From contig JACREX010000048.1 of NCBI GenBank assembly GCA_016212695.1, positions 5,984 through 69,983 on the forward strand: a stretch of DNA of 64,000 bases, written 5' to 3'. Under the pieces are notes generated by a model. The model saw only the letters and a program-made list of their open reading frames with translations. It made no database searches and was not told where the DNA came from. Each line of letters begins with the position of its first letter. The stretch's first letter is position 1. Positions 28,137 through 37,938 of the stretch are shown here, in pieces. The position numbers and the translations under genes were made by a program. This DNA comes from Bacteroidia bacterium (GTDB taxonomy: Bacteria; Bacteroidota; Bacteroidia; Bacteroidales; GWF2-35-48).

Positions 28137-29471
28137 TTATTTTTTCATAAACGGCATATTGCCCATCATTCTTGAAATATTTTTTCCGCTGGTGACCATC
28201 CGCATCATCCTACGGGTTTCATCAAATTGTTTTATGAGCCGGTTTACTTCCTGGATATCCGTTCCGCTTCCTAATGCAATCCTTTTTCTGCGGCTGCCGT
28301 TAAGCAGGGCAGGGTCTTCGCGTTCAGAAGGCGTCATCGAAAAAATAATTGCTTCAATATTTTTAAACGCATTATCGTCAATGTCTATATTCTTCAATGC
28401 TTTGCCAACGCCGGGTATCATAGAGGCAAGATCTTTCAGGTTTCCCATTTTTTTTATCTGCTGAATCTGGGAAAGAAAATCGTTAAAATTAAACTGGTTT
28501 TTTGCAATTTTTTTCTGCAGTTTCCTGGACTCTTCAAGGTTGAATTGTTCCTGCGCCCGTTCAACAAGGGAAACAATATCGCCCATGCCCAGAATACGGT
28601 CGGCCATACGTTCGGGATAGAAAATATCCAATGCGTCTAATTTTTCGCCCGTACCCACAAATTTGATGGGTTTATCTACAACAGATCGGATTGACAATGC
28701 GGCGCCGCCCCGCGTATCGCCGTCTAATTTTGTAAGAACCACGCCGTCGAAATTCAGGCGGTCGTTAAATTCTTTTGCAGTATTCACGGCATCCTGCCCG
28801 GTCATGGAATCAACCACAAACAAAATCTCGCCGGGATTAACGGCTTTTTTAATGGCTGCGATCTCGTTCATCATTTCTTCATCAACAGCAAGACGGCCGG
28901 CTGTGTCAATGATTAACAGGTCGAAACCGTTGAGCCTTGCATGTTTTATGGAATTTTCCGCTATACGAACCGGGTTGTTATTTCCTTCTTCGGTGTACAC
29001 AGGGATATCAATCTGCCTGCCTAATATTTTTAGCTGTTCGATAGCCGCAGGGCGGTACACGTCGCAGGCAGTGAGTAAAGGGCGTTTTCCGCGTTTATTC
29101 TTTAAAAAATTTGCCAGCTTCCCTGAAAATGTTGTCTTCCCTGAACCCTGCAAGCCTGCCATTAAAATAACGGCAGGACTCCCCTTGATATTAATCTCCT
29201 GCTTCTGGCCGCCCATCAGTTCAATCAGTTCATCATGGACTATCTTCACCATCATTTCTCCAGGCTTCACAACCTTGAGAACATCCATGCCCAGCGCTTT
29301 TTTCTTTACATTATCTGTGAATTGTTTGGCTATTTTGAAATTAACGTCGGCATCCAGCAATGCCCGCCTCACCTCTTTCAGCGTTTCGGCAATATTGATC
29401 TCTGTGATCCTGCCTTCGCCTTTTAAAAGTTTGAACGATTTTTCTAATTTTTCACTTAAACTTTCAAACAT
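28137..29471 (-). CDS. ffh: Signal recognition particle protein
   Basis: 444 aa. GTPase motifs GLQGSGKTT, DTAGR, TKLDGD. Met-rich M domain at the C-terminus. Confidence 0.97.
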   Translation of the reverse strand: MFESLSEKLEKSFKLLKGEGRITEINIAETLKEVRRALLDADVNFKIAKQFTDNVKKKALGMDVLKVVKPGEMMVKIVHDELIELMGGQKQEINIKGSPAVILMAGLQGSGKTTFSGKLANFLKNKRGKRPLLTACDVYRPAAIEQLKILGRQIDIPVYTEEGNNNPVRIAENSIKHARLNGFDLLIIDTAGRLAVDEEMMNEIAAIKKAVNPGEILFVVDSMTGQDAVNTAKEFNDRLNFDGVVLTKLDGDTRGGAALSIRSVVDKPIKFVGTGEKLDALDIFYPERMADRILGMGDIVSLVERAQEQFNLEESRKLQKKIAKNQFNFNDFLSQIQQIKKMGNLKDLASMIPGVGKALKNIDIDDNAFKNIEAIIFSMTPSEREDPALLNGSRRKRIALGSGTDIQEVNRLIKQFDETRRMMRMVTSGKNISRMMGNMPFMKK

Positions 29472-29497
29472 TTTCTTGTGTTTTTTAACCCGGACAG

Positions 29498-29505
29498 CAA
29501 AGATA
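29498..29505 (-). promoter_or_regulatory. Bacteroidota -7 promoter box (TATCTTTG on the minus strand) upstream of ffh
   Basis: Plus-strand CAAAGATA is TATCTTTG on the minus strand and matches TAnnTTTG. It lies about 27 nt upstream of the ffh ATG. Confidence 0.35.
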
Positions 29506-29638
29506 ATTAAATATATCTTGGAATTATAAGCCGGTAAACTATTTTTTTAACTATGATAAATTATTTATCTTGCAGCGATTTTTTTATATGGTTTTTGCCG
29601 TTCATTTATAATATATAACAAAATTTATTAATCACAGG

Positions 29639-31513
29639 ATGGACAGGAATTCGATCATAGGTTTGTTGATTATCGGCGCTATCATTATTATTTTCAGTAT
29701 TGTTTCCAGCCCCAGCAAGGAGGATGTTGAACGGGCGAAAAAACAGCAGGACTCGGCTATGGCCGCTTTTAAAAAGACAAATGAAGAAAAAGAAAAAATA
29801 CTTACCCTTGAAAAAAAGAAACAGGACTCTTTAAAAAATCTTCCGGATACAACCCGTAAAAGTGATTTAAAGGATAAATACGGTTCATTTGCCCCATCAA
29901 CCGAAGGCAGCGAAGAATTTGTAACCATCGAGAATAACCTGATCAAAATAAAAATTTCCAATAAGGGCGGAAGGATATATTCTGCCCAGTTAAAACATTA
30001 TCACACCTGGGACGGGAAACCGCTGTTGTTGTTCGACGGAGCGAATAACGAGTTCGGATTGAATTTCTTTTCACAAAACAAATCCATTTCTACCAATGAT
30101 CTTTTCTTTACTCCTTCTACTGCGGAAAAACATATTTCTTCCGATAAAGAAACCAAATCGCTTAGCATGAAACTGCTTTGCGGCGATAAAGGCCGAATCG
30201 AGTATTTGTATAGCCTTGAACCCAACAGCTACATGCTGAAATTCAAAATGAACTTCAGTAATTTGGACAGCATCATATCCAATAATGCAAGCTACCTGAC
30301 CCTTAACTGGAAGGCTCTTATTCCCGGGCTTGAAAAAGGGGTACAGTGGGAGAGCGACAATACTTCTATCTATTGGAAACTCATGGACGAAGAAGTGAAT
30401 TACCTGAATGAACGAAGCGAAGATGTAAAAGAAAATTTAAAAACCAAAGTGAAATGGATTGCTTACAAGCAGCAGTTTTTTTCGACTATCCTTGTTGCCG
30501 ACAGCGCTTTTCTGAATGCGCAGGTGCATGCATTAAAAGCGGATACTGCCTCACATTGCCTGAAAAAGTTCATGGCTGAAATCAGCCTGCCATATGAAAA
30601 AACAGGCAAGCAATCCATACCGATGAAATTTTATTTCGGTCCTAACCAGGTTAAAATTTTAAAGCAGTTCAATCTGGAATTTGAACAGCTAGTACCTCTC
30701 GGTTGGGCTATTTTTAAATGGGTGAACCAGTTTCTTGTGATCCCGATATTTAACTTCCTCGGTTCCTATATCTCGAATTACGGATTGATCATTTTCCTGC
30801 TTACCATTATTATTAAGATTCTTCTATTTCCACTGACTTACAAATCATATCTGTCGAGCGCAAAAATGAGGGTTTTAAAGCCGCAGGTTGACGAGCTTAA
30901 TAAAAAAATTCCAAAAGAAAAGACCATGGAACGCCAGCAGGCAGCCATGGCTTTGTACAAAAAAGTCGGCGTTAACCCGATGGGGGGATGTATCCCTATA
31001 CTACTCCAGTTCCCGATACTGATCGCATTGTTCAGGTTTTTCCCCGCCTCCATTGAATTGCGCCAGCAGAGTTTTTTATGGGCGACAGATCTTTCTACAT
31101 ATGACAGCATTTGTTCCTGGAGCGTCCAGATTCCATTTGTTTCTGAGTATTTTGGAAACCATTTAAGCTTGTTCACCCTGTTAATGTGCGGTTCATTGAT
31201 TCTTACAACCCTGATGAACAGCGAACAGATGGCTGGTACTTCACAAATGCCGGGAATGAAAGTCATGATGTGGATGATGCCGGTGATGATGCTGCTATGG
31301 TTTAATAATTATGCGGCAGGACTGAGTTATTATTATTTCCTGGCCAATATGATCACATTCCTGCAAACCATAATTATCAGGCGGTTTGTTGACGATAAGA
31401 AAATTTTAAGCCAACTCGAAGCTAATAAAGCCAAACCTGTTAAACGGTCAAAGTTTCAGCAACGACTTGAAGAAATGGCAAAAAAAAGAGGGTATAAACT
31501 ACCGAAAAAGTAG
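29639..31513 (+). CDS. yidC: Membrane protein insertase YidC (long Bacteroidota type)
   Basis: 624 aa. N-terminal TM, large periplasmic domain, and a conserved core (NYGLIIFLLTIIIKILLFPLTYKSY..MGGCIPILLQFPILIALF). Confidence 0.93.
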   Translation: MDRNSIIGLLIIGAIIIIFSIVSSPSKEDVERAKKQQDSAMAAFKKTNEEKEKILTLEKKKQDSLKNLPDTTRKSDLKDKYGSFAPSTEGSEEFVTIENNLIKIKISNKGGRIYSAQLKHYHTWDGKPLLLFDGANNEFGLNFFSQNKSISTNDLFFTPSTAEKHISSDKETKSLSMKLLCGDKGRIEYLYSLEPNSYMLKFKMNFSNLDSIISNNASYLTLNWKALIPGLEKGVQWESDNTSIYWKLMDEEVNYLNERSEDVKENLKTKVKWIAYKQQFFSTILVADSAFLNAQVHALKADTASHCLKKFMAEISLPYEKTGKQSIPMKFYFGPNQVKILKQFNLEFEQLVPLGWAIFKWVNQFLVIPIFNFLGSYISNYGLIIFLLTIIIKILLFPLTYKSYLSSAKMRVLKPQVDELNKKIPKEKTMERQQAAMALYKKVGVNPMGGCIPILLQFPILIALFRFFPASIELRQQSFLWATDLSTYDSICSWSVQIPFVSEYFGNHLSLFTLLMCGSLILTTLMNSEQMAGTSQMPGMKVMMWMMPVMMLLWFNNYAAGLSYYYFLANMITFLQTIIIRRFVDDKKILSQLEANKAKPVKRSKFQQRLEEMAKKRGYKLPKK

Positions 31514-31637
31514 ATAAAAAGCTAAAAGTAAAAAGTCGAAAGCTAAACCAGAATTTTAACCTGTAATTTGTAACATATAACTTGAAACTTAAAAACCAGA
31601 AACTTGAAATATTAATGTATAACTTAAACCAAAAATT

Positions 31638-32768
31638 ATGAAAAGAGTATTAATTCTTATGGCTGTGGTAGCTCAATCAATAGTTGTTTGTGCTCAGCAA
31701 AAAAACTGTAACAATCCGTTATCGAACGATGAGTTTCAGCTTAAAATGAACGATATTATAAATAAACCGAACGATGCGGCCAAACTGGAAGCTGCAAAAA
31801 AAATTGTTCATTCAAGTTGTTTGCTTTCAGCCCAGGTGAAGCAATTAGCAAAAACTTTCCAGAATGACATCAACCGGCTGGATTTTGTGAAAGCTTCGTA
31901 TAACAGCACCTTTGATAAGAATAATTTTTACGATGTGTATGATGAATTTGCTTATTTCTCAACTGTTTTCAAATTGCATGATTACATTGAAAGTATCAGG
32001 GACAACAAGCCCGCCGGCAATGTCTCTGCAAATTCAGGGAATGATAATACATCAGGTAATACTTCGCTTGTAAAATTTCCAAAATTAGATTATCCGGATT
32101 GTACCAGATATAATGGCGCTAAAGGCTGTCCGAGTCCGATGGGCGATAAAGATTTTAATTCCATGGCGCGCCAGTTTTTAGATGAACAGAATGATGCAGC
32201 AAAGACCGCTGCCGCTGAAAAATCGCTTCAGAGCGGTTGCTTTTCTGTGGAACAACTGATGAAGATAGCAACCACTTTTAAAAATGATAAAGATAAATTG
32301 AACTATTTTAAAAAGGCATATTTCAAATGTTATGACCAGGGAAATTTTGGTTCTGCACAGCAGGTTTTCAATGAAAAAGAATTCAACAAACTGCTTCTCG
32401 ATTTTATCGCTTCACAGGGCGGCGGCAAGCAGATTTCTACTACATCAACTACTACTACTACTACTACAAACTGCCAGGTGCTGAATAAGGAATTCAAGGA
32501 AGTGATAGAATCCGTGAAAAATCAGAAATTTGAAAACACGAAGATTACAGTTGCCAAACAAGCTATTCAGGCAAAGAAATGTTTTACAGCTTTCCAGATC
32601 AAAGAAATTGCCAAGCTGATGAACTTTGAAGAAGGCAAACTCGATGTTGCAAAATTTGCCTGGGATTACTGTATTGACAGGGAAAATAATTATTCGCTCC
32701 TGAACGAGATATTTTCTTTCGACAGCAGTAAAAATGATTTATACAATTTTACTCACCCGGCAAAATAA
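31638..32768 (+). CDS. Secreted protein with three tandem ~95-aa domains (DUF4476-like)
   Basis: Signal peptide. Three internal repeats each start at a Cys (CNNPLSNDEF.., CPSPMGDKDF.., CQVLNKEFKE..) and share the pattern ..C(l/f)s..Q(v/l)..(l/i)a..F.nD..(k/r)L(d/n)(f/y).K.(a/s)Y. A poly-Thr linker is present. The family assignment is from memory only. Confidence 0.45.
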   Translation: MKRVLILMAVVAQSIVVCAQQKNCNNPLSNDEFQLKMNDIINKPNDAAKLEAAKKIVHSSCLLSAQVKQLAKTFQNDINRLDFVKASYNSTFDKNNFYDVYDEFAYFSTVFKLHDYIESIRDNKPAGNVSANSGNDNTSGNTSLVKFPKLDYPDCTRYNGAKGCPSPMGDKDFNSMARQFLDEQNDAAKTAAAEKSLQSGCFSVEQLMKIATTFKNDKDKLNYFKKAYFKCYDQGNFGSAQQVFNEKEFNKLLLDFIASQGGGKQISTTSTTTTTTTNCQVLNKEFKEVIESVKNQKFENTKITVAKQAIQAKKCFTAFQIKEIAKLMNFEEGKLDVAKFAWDYCIDRENNYSLLNEIFSFDSSKNDLYNFTHPAK

Positions 32769-32789
32769 AAGAAATTCAAAAAAAATTAA

Positions 32790-32822
32790 AAGAAGGGTGG
32801 AATTTTCATCCTTCTTTTTTTA
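32790..32822. terminator. Candidate bidirectional rho-independent terminator between convergent genes
   Basis: AAGAAGG (32790-32796) pairs with CCTTCTT (32810-32816). An A-run lies on the left and a T-run on the right. The hairpin overlaps the stop codon of the minus-strand gene. Confidence 0.45.
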
Positions 32823-33843
32823 TGTAAAGATTTAAAATCCTGTTATAAATAATCACTAAAACACAAGTGCAAACAGTTATGAAGATAAACCATAAGGGTA
32901 GTTTGGCAAGGCTCTGTGTTTTATATATTGATGTTGCTATATTACCAATCAGTATCCACTGAATAATATAAAATACCGTTACATTTTTTCCAACCCATTT
33001 TAAAAAGTTTAATACAGGATTCTTTTCTTTTCTGTCCCGGACAAATGAAAAAAGCGATACCCAGAAAACAAGGAATAACAGGGTCCAGAAATAATATTTC
33101 AATCCGTGATGATAATAGTGTTTCAGATTGTGTGTGATTTCTGAAGCATACTTTATCGTAATCAAAATAAAAATACCGGTGGCAATAGTTATTATCAACC
33201 GAAAAATTTCACTGAGTTGTTCCACTTTATAATTATTGGAAAAAATCCTGAAACCTGCGCCCAGTAAGGGGTAGGCAATCCACGGGAATACCGGGAAATA
33301 AGACCATCTGTAGCCGCCACCGAAAAAGGCTGTAATAAATTTTAAAGGATTATTTGCGGTAAGATATTGATTAAAATAGGGAGTTAACAGTATTGCCAAT
33401 ACGGATAACAGGATGTAGGGTAAATAAAAATTTGAAAATGTTCTTCGTATGAATGTTATAATGATAACGCTGATACCTGATAAAATCAGGATATCCGCTC
33501 CAAAAATAAATTCAAGCGGATTAAGCCGGGCATTTTCAAAAAAGATATGAATCAGTACATGAAAATTCAAACCGATATTCAGCAGCAAACCGGTGAGTAT
33601 TAATTTTAATCCGCGGAATACGGATTCCCTGAATGATTTATTCGACGATATTACAAAATATCCTAATATAGCCATAAAAACTGGCGCTACGGGTGGCCCG
33701 CCCATAAAAAGAGAAACTTTACCAAGGATGCTGTCAAAGATACCCTGCTGGGCAAAAAGCTCCATGATATGCACCTGGATCATGAGCAATACGGCAACCC
33801 CCTTGAGAATATCTGGAGTAATAAACCGGGATGCTTTATTCAT
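32806..33843 (-). CDS. Polytopic membrane protein, DUF1624/heparan-alpha-glucosaminide N-acetyltransferase-like acyltransferase
   Basis: About 10 TM helices. N-terminal ITPDILKGVAVLLMIQVH resembles the conserved R/D..G.a...M...H start of this family. Confidence 0.5.
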   Translation of the reverse strand: MNKASRFITPDILKGVAVLLMIQVHIMELFAQQGIFDSILGKVSLFMGGPPVAPVFMAILGYFVISSNKSFRESVFRGLKLILTGLLLNIGLNFHVLIHIFFENARLNPLEFIFGADILILSGISVIIITFIRRTFSNFYLPYILLSVLAILLTPYFNQYLTANNPLKFITAFFGGGYRWSYFPVFPWIAYPLLGAGFRIFSNNYKVEQLSEIFRLIITIATGIFILITIKYASEITHNLKHYYHHGLKYYFWTLLFLVFWVSLFSFVRDRKEKNPVLNFLKWVGKNVTVFYIIQWILIGNIATSIYKTQSLAKLPLWFIFITVCTCVLVIIYNRILNLYIKKEG

Positions 33844-33972
33844 AAAGAAAAATTAGAATTCTAAAAGGACAAGATCAGGGCTACTGTTCAACAACGGGTT
33901 TAGAATTTAGAATTTTGGTATTTGATTAGGATTAGGATTAAGTTTTTAGTTCATTGTTTCTTCCACTTCGCA

Positions 33973-34127
<155 letters not shown>

Positions 34128-34760
34128 TTATTTTATATATCCCAATCCTTCTGTTGCTGAAGCATCGCCGGGAGCGAGCATAAGAACTTTATTGAAAAGT
34201 ATTTTGGCTTTTCCGGTATTGCCTTTGAAATAATTAGCCCATCCAAACATTAATAAACCGTCGTAACTGAATGGGTAGAGATTAACCACTTTTTCAAAAT
34301 ATTTATAAGCCTTGTCGTAATCCTTTTTTCCGTAATAGATCATTCCGAGCCGGTAGTTTGCCGTTGAATTATTCGGATCAATATCCAGCACCTTAACATA
34401 CTGCTGTTGCACCTGTTCCCAGTTCCCGAGCTGGGCGGCCGGTATCACAATGCCCATTCTCGGCTCAATGGCCATAGGCATAAGATCGATAGCTTTCTGA
34501 TAATAGGCAACGGCATCTGTGAACCTCCCGGATTCATAATACAGCCAGCCTAACCTGAGATTGATCTCATACTCATAATTTTTTTCACCCATCACTTTTT
34601 TGATCTCTTCTATCGCTTTATTGTAGTCTCCTTTTTTTTCAATAGTGTAACTATCTTTGAAAGCGGCGACAACTTTTGAATCCTGCGCATTGCCGGATAA
34701 TGCGATGCAGAAAATTCCACATAATATAGTGGATTTGAGCGATAAATTTAAAATTTTCAT
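34128..34760 (-). CDS. Secreted tetratricopeptide-repeat protein
   Basis: Signal peptide (..CIALSGNAQD). Four or five TPR units (YNKAIEEIKKV, FTDAVAYYQKAIDL, WEQVQQQYVKVLDIDPNN, YDKAYKYFEKVVNLYP..). Confidence 0.7.
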   Translation of the reverse strand: MKILNLSLKSTILCGIFCIALSGNAQDSKVVAAFKDSYTIEKKGDYNKAIEEIKKVMGEKNYEYEINLRLGWLYYESGRFTDAVAYYQKAIDLMPMAIEPRMGIVIPAAQLGNWEQVQQQYVKVLDIDPNNSTANYRLGMIYYGKKDYDKAYKYFEKVVNLYPFSYDGLLMFGWANYFKGNTGKAKILFNKVLMLAPGDASATEGLGYIK

Positions 34761-34857
34761 GAAATAACCTCCTGTGATTTTATTAATGATTTAATTTTTT
34801 TTTAAAAAATAATGTCTGCAAAAATAACATAATAAATTTTACTCTGATTTCAATTCA

Positions 34858-36207
34858 TTAAAGTTTCCAGGATAAACTTCCTAAAATCATCTGGCTCCGA
34901 TAATTTATTTTACCTGTTTTTAATGAATTGTCAAAATAATTATAATAAGATATTCTTCTATCACCTTGATATTTGATGGATATAATTATTTTTTTTATGG
35001 GTATTATGAAAGATGTTCCATATCTGAAATCAATGGGATCAGCCGTATTGTTGACGCCAAATGCATTTTGTTCCACATAGTTGTTCAGGTTGCCAAATGT
35101 AATAAATCCTTCAATCCACAAATGATTAAACAGTTTTGTCCCTGCTTTTTGATCAAATACAATATTTTTTTTCACCCGCTCATTTTTTTTCACTTGTTCA
35201 TTCTTTAAAGCTATAGTAGAGAATGTATATAAATTCAGGTTGCCAAGCGGAAATGCGGAGAGAATAAAACCAAACTGGTTTTGTCTGGCATTGTTTAAAT
35301 TCGAAATGGTTCCAAAAATATTAAAACCGAATTTGGAAATTTTTTTATCGAATGCCAGTGAAGCGGCAAAATTATTCATTGTGATTCCTTTCCTGTCAAC
35401 TATCACTTTTCTTTCGGTTGTATCATAGGTTGAAAAGAGCGTGGCATAATCAACCATAATAAAATGAAAAGCGGGGATCACTGAAAAACCCCTGCCAGCC
35501 CGATATGTGATATTAGTGTAGAACTGGTTTTGATATAATTTGTAATCATCGCTTAAAACATGAGGGAAAATCTGTATTTGCTTTGTATTGTTAATCCTCA
35601 GGCAACCGTAATAAGCGGTCATCAAAATATTTCTGTGAACCGAATAAGACAGTCCGCCGCCTGCATAAGAAATATTTTTAATCAGGTTGTATTCTGTCCA
35701 TTTAATACTATTCGGATGGTTATTTTTTTCCCCGATTAATGGGTTTGTATTATTCCGGCTGTTGTTGATTCCGCAATCAAGAAAAATTTCATTGAAGAAA
35801 AAAGATTTGACTTTATCCTTAAAAATTTCAGGATATTTTTTCACCAATGCATTGGCATCGCTTTTCCTGCCCATATATAAACAACTGTAATACAAATATT
35901 CCAAAGTATAGTAATCTCCGGAATTAAATGTAAGCGCTTTTTCAAAGTGGGAAATAGATTTAATGTAATTCTGTTTCGTAAAATATGCAACACCCATCCG
36001 AACCCTTAAATAGAAATAGTCAACACTGTTCGCAAGGAGATTATTCCCGTTTAAAATAAGACTGTCCCATTGTGCATTGAGTAAATAATCATAAGTTTTA
36101 TCATTAACTGAACCGGTATTTTTTTCAGATTGAGAAAACACCCATTGTACACATAAACAAAAAACACATACAATAAATAATCTATATATTAATTTTTTTT
36201 TATACAT
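34858..36207 (-). CDS. Hypothetical secreted protein (TPR-like N-terminus, probable beta-rich C-terminus)
   Basis: Signal peptide MYKKKLIYRLFIVCVFCLCVQWVFSQ. N-terminal TPR-like helices (YIKSISHFEKALTFNSGDYYTLEYLYY). The C-terminal two-thirds shows an alternating hydrophobic pattern. Internal duplication NEQVKKNERVKKN. Confidence 0.4.
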   Translation of the reverse strand: MYKKKLIYRLFIVCVFCLCVQWVFSQSEKNTGSVNDKTYDYLLNAQWDSLILNGNNLLANSVDYFYLRVRMGVAYFTKQNYIKSISHFEKALTFNSGDYYTLEYLYYSCLYMGRKSDANALVKKYPEIFKDKVKSFFFNEIFLDCGINNSRNNTNPLIGEKNNHPNSIKWTEYNLIKNISYAGGGLSYSVHRNILMTAYYGCLRINNTKQIQIFPHVLSDDYKLYQNQFYTNITYRAGRGFSVIPAFHFIMVDYATLFSTYDTTERKVIVDRKGITMNNFAASLAFDKKISKFGFNIFGTISNLNNARQNQFGFILSAFPLGNLNLYTFSTIALKNEQVKKNERVKKNIVFDQKAGTKLFNHLWIEGFITFGNLNNYVEQNAFGVNNTADPIDFRYGTSFIIPIKKIIISIKYQGDRRISYYNYFDNSLKTGKINYRSQMILGSLSWKL

Positions 36208-36243
36208 AAAACGGGGTAAATTTGTACTGTTGGTAATCGGTTA

Positions 36244-36264
36244 CCTGCCTGCCGGTAGGCAAGG
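36244..36264. repeat. Palindromic 21-nt repeat, copy 2
   Basis: CCTGCCTGCCGGTAGGCAAGG, identical to 62531-62551. The core TGCCTGCCGGTAGGCA is a near-perfect palindrome. Confidence 0.8.
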
Positions 36265-36358
36265 TCGGTAAACGGTATTCAGAATTACCGACCACCGAAT
36301 ACTGAATACTGATTACCAAATGTAAAATGTATGATTTTATTCCACGCATATCATAAAC

Positions 36359-37861
36359 TTACTGCCAGGTAATATCAAGATTAATAATCAAACCATTCTG
36401 GTTTAAAGGTATTGTTGGCGGATGGTTGGGATAATTATTCAAATTAAACTGAACAAAATTAATCGGAATGTCATTTTCCGGCATCATCCCTTTTTTATCC
36501 CACAACTCAATTTTATAAACCTGATTTAAAACCGGCGCCTGAAACGGCGGATTAAGATTCCAGAAAACCGGAAGAGACATGGGTGTAACGCCGAGCAATG
36601 CCTGTGAGCGCGCATCAATATATACGGTTGCTGCAAAATCTGTGATTTTGAAATAAAGATTTACCATCTGGGGCTGCGGAGGGATTGGGAATGGAAACTG
36701 AAATACGGTAATTTTTGTGATTTGTGCAGACTGGACAATGTTTTGTACCTGTATATAAGCTGTTTTTATCATGGTGTTTGAACCCTGCAGGTTTGAAACA
36801 GTAAGAGAAACATCATATGAACCGATAAAAGGATAAAAAATATTTGTTGGATTTTGCAGGGTTGACATACTTGGATTGCCACCCGGGAATGTCCAGTTCC
36901 ACGAGGTGGGATTATTAACGGAAAGATCTGTAAAATTAACAGGCTGGCCCGGCATAATAATAGTTTGGTCTGCGATAAAATCGGGTACAGGAGCCGATCC
37001 TGTGGTAACAACCTGTATATACTGTGTTTTTGTTTTGGTATCCGATCCCTGCTGGTTGGATGCTGTGAGGGTAACATCATAATATCCGGCAGTGAAATAT
37101 GTAATATTAGCCGGATTTTTTACATTAGCGGTACTCGGTGATCCACCCTGGAAAGTCCAACTCCACGAGGTTGGATTATTTATGGAAAGATCGAAGAAAT
37201 CAACAATCTGCCCTGTCGCAATCAGTATATGATCCGCTGTAAAATCCGTAACCGGTGTAAAGATAACTTCTTTTACATGTACTAAGTTTTTTCTTTCTAT
37301 AAATGTGGTGCCGCAGGAATTAACGCCCGAAAGAACAATGCTGTACAATCCGGGGTATGAATACGAATGGGCAGTATTTTTTAAAGAAGTGGAATAGCCA
37401 TCGCCGAAACTCCACAACCATGCATTTTGAAATATGCCTCCCTGCTGCTGGCAATTGAACCTGACGCTGTCTCCTACAAATACGGCGGTGTCGCTTACCG
37501 TAAAATCAAATGCCGGTTTCCTGACAATATATACCACCTTTCGTTCAACATGCATTCCTCCTTTGCCATATGCGGTGAGTTCAATAGTGTAGATACCTTC
37601 AGTATTGTAAATGTGTGTGGGATTAGGTTTGTATTCTACTGGTGTTCCGTCTCCGTAATTCCACCGGAAAACAGTTGCATTGGTCGAAAGATTATTGAAT
37701 ACAACCCGGGTAGGGATATTACATGTATCGAGCGGGGTAAATGAATAGGCTGCCGTAGGAACCGGTTCCACTTCTTTCCTGCAGGAATAAAAAGAGATAA
37801 GGATTATAGATAAAACTAAAAATGAATATATTTTTCTCATACTATCTCTTAAGACGCCCAA
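36359..37861 (-). CDS. Lipoprotein with tandem PKD domains
   Basis: Lipoprotein-type signal (LISFYSC). Four PKD-like units, two nearly identical (..DLSINNPTSWSWTFQGGSPS..YYDVTLTASNQQGSDT.. and ..DLSVNNPTSWNWTFPGGNPS..SYDVSLTVSNLQGSNT..). Confidence 0.8.
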   Translation of the reverse strand: MGVLRDSMRKIYSFLVLSIILISFYSCRKEVEPVPTAAYSFTPLDTCNIPTRVVFNNLSTNATVFRWNYGDGTPVEYKPNPTHIYNTEGIYTIELTAYGKGGMHVERKVVYIVRKPAFDFTVSDTAVFVGDSVRFNCQQQGGIFQNAWLWSFGDGYSTSLKNTAHSYSYPGLYSIVLSGVNSCGTTFIERKNLVHVKEVIFTPVTDFTADHILIATGQIVDFFDLSINNPTSWSWTFQGGSPSTANVKNPANITYFTAGYYDVTLTASNQQGSDTKTKTQYIQVVTTGSAPVPDFIADQTIIMPGQPVNFTDLSVNNPTSWNWTFPGGNPSMSTLQNPTNIFYPFIGSYDVSLTVSNLQGSNTMIKTAYIQVQNIVQSAQITKITVFQFPFPIPPQPQMVNLYFKITDFAATVYIDARSQALLGVTPMSLPVFWNLNPPFQAPVLNQVYKIELWDKKGMMPENDIPINFVQFNLNNYPNHPPTIPLNQNGLIINLDITWQ

Positions 37862-37938
37862 TAATAAAATTTAGTTGCAAAAAAAAATGTTTCAAACATC
37901 GAACATCAAACATTAAACTATAAACGCTTTGTTTCAAT

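Noticed and set aside
28663-29529. Long antisense ORFs opposite well-supported genes: 288 aa opposite ffh, 12324-12905 opposite uvrA, 24094-24579 opposite the WD40-caspase gene, 30838-31266 opposite yidC, and 46551-46985 opposite the helicase gene.
   Set aside because: Their translations are low-complexity and Ser/Phe/Ile-rich with no motifs. They lie entirely within genes whose own products carry unambiguous family motifs. These are typical shadow ORFs.
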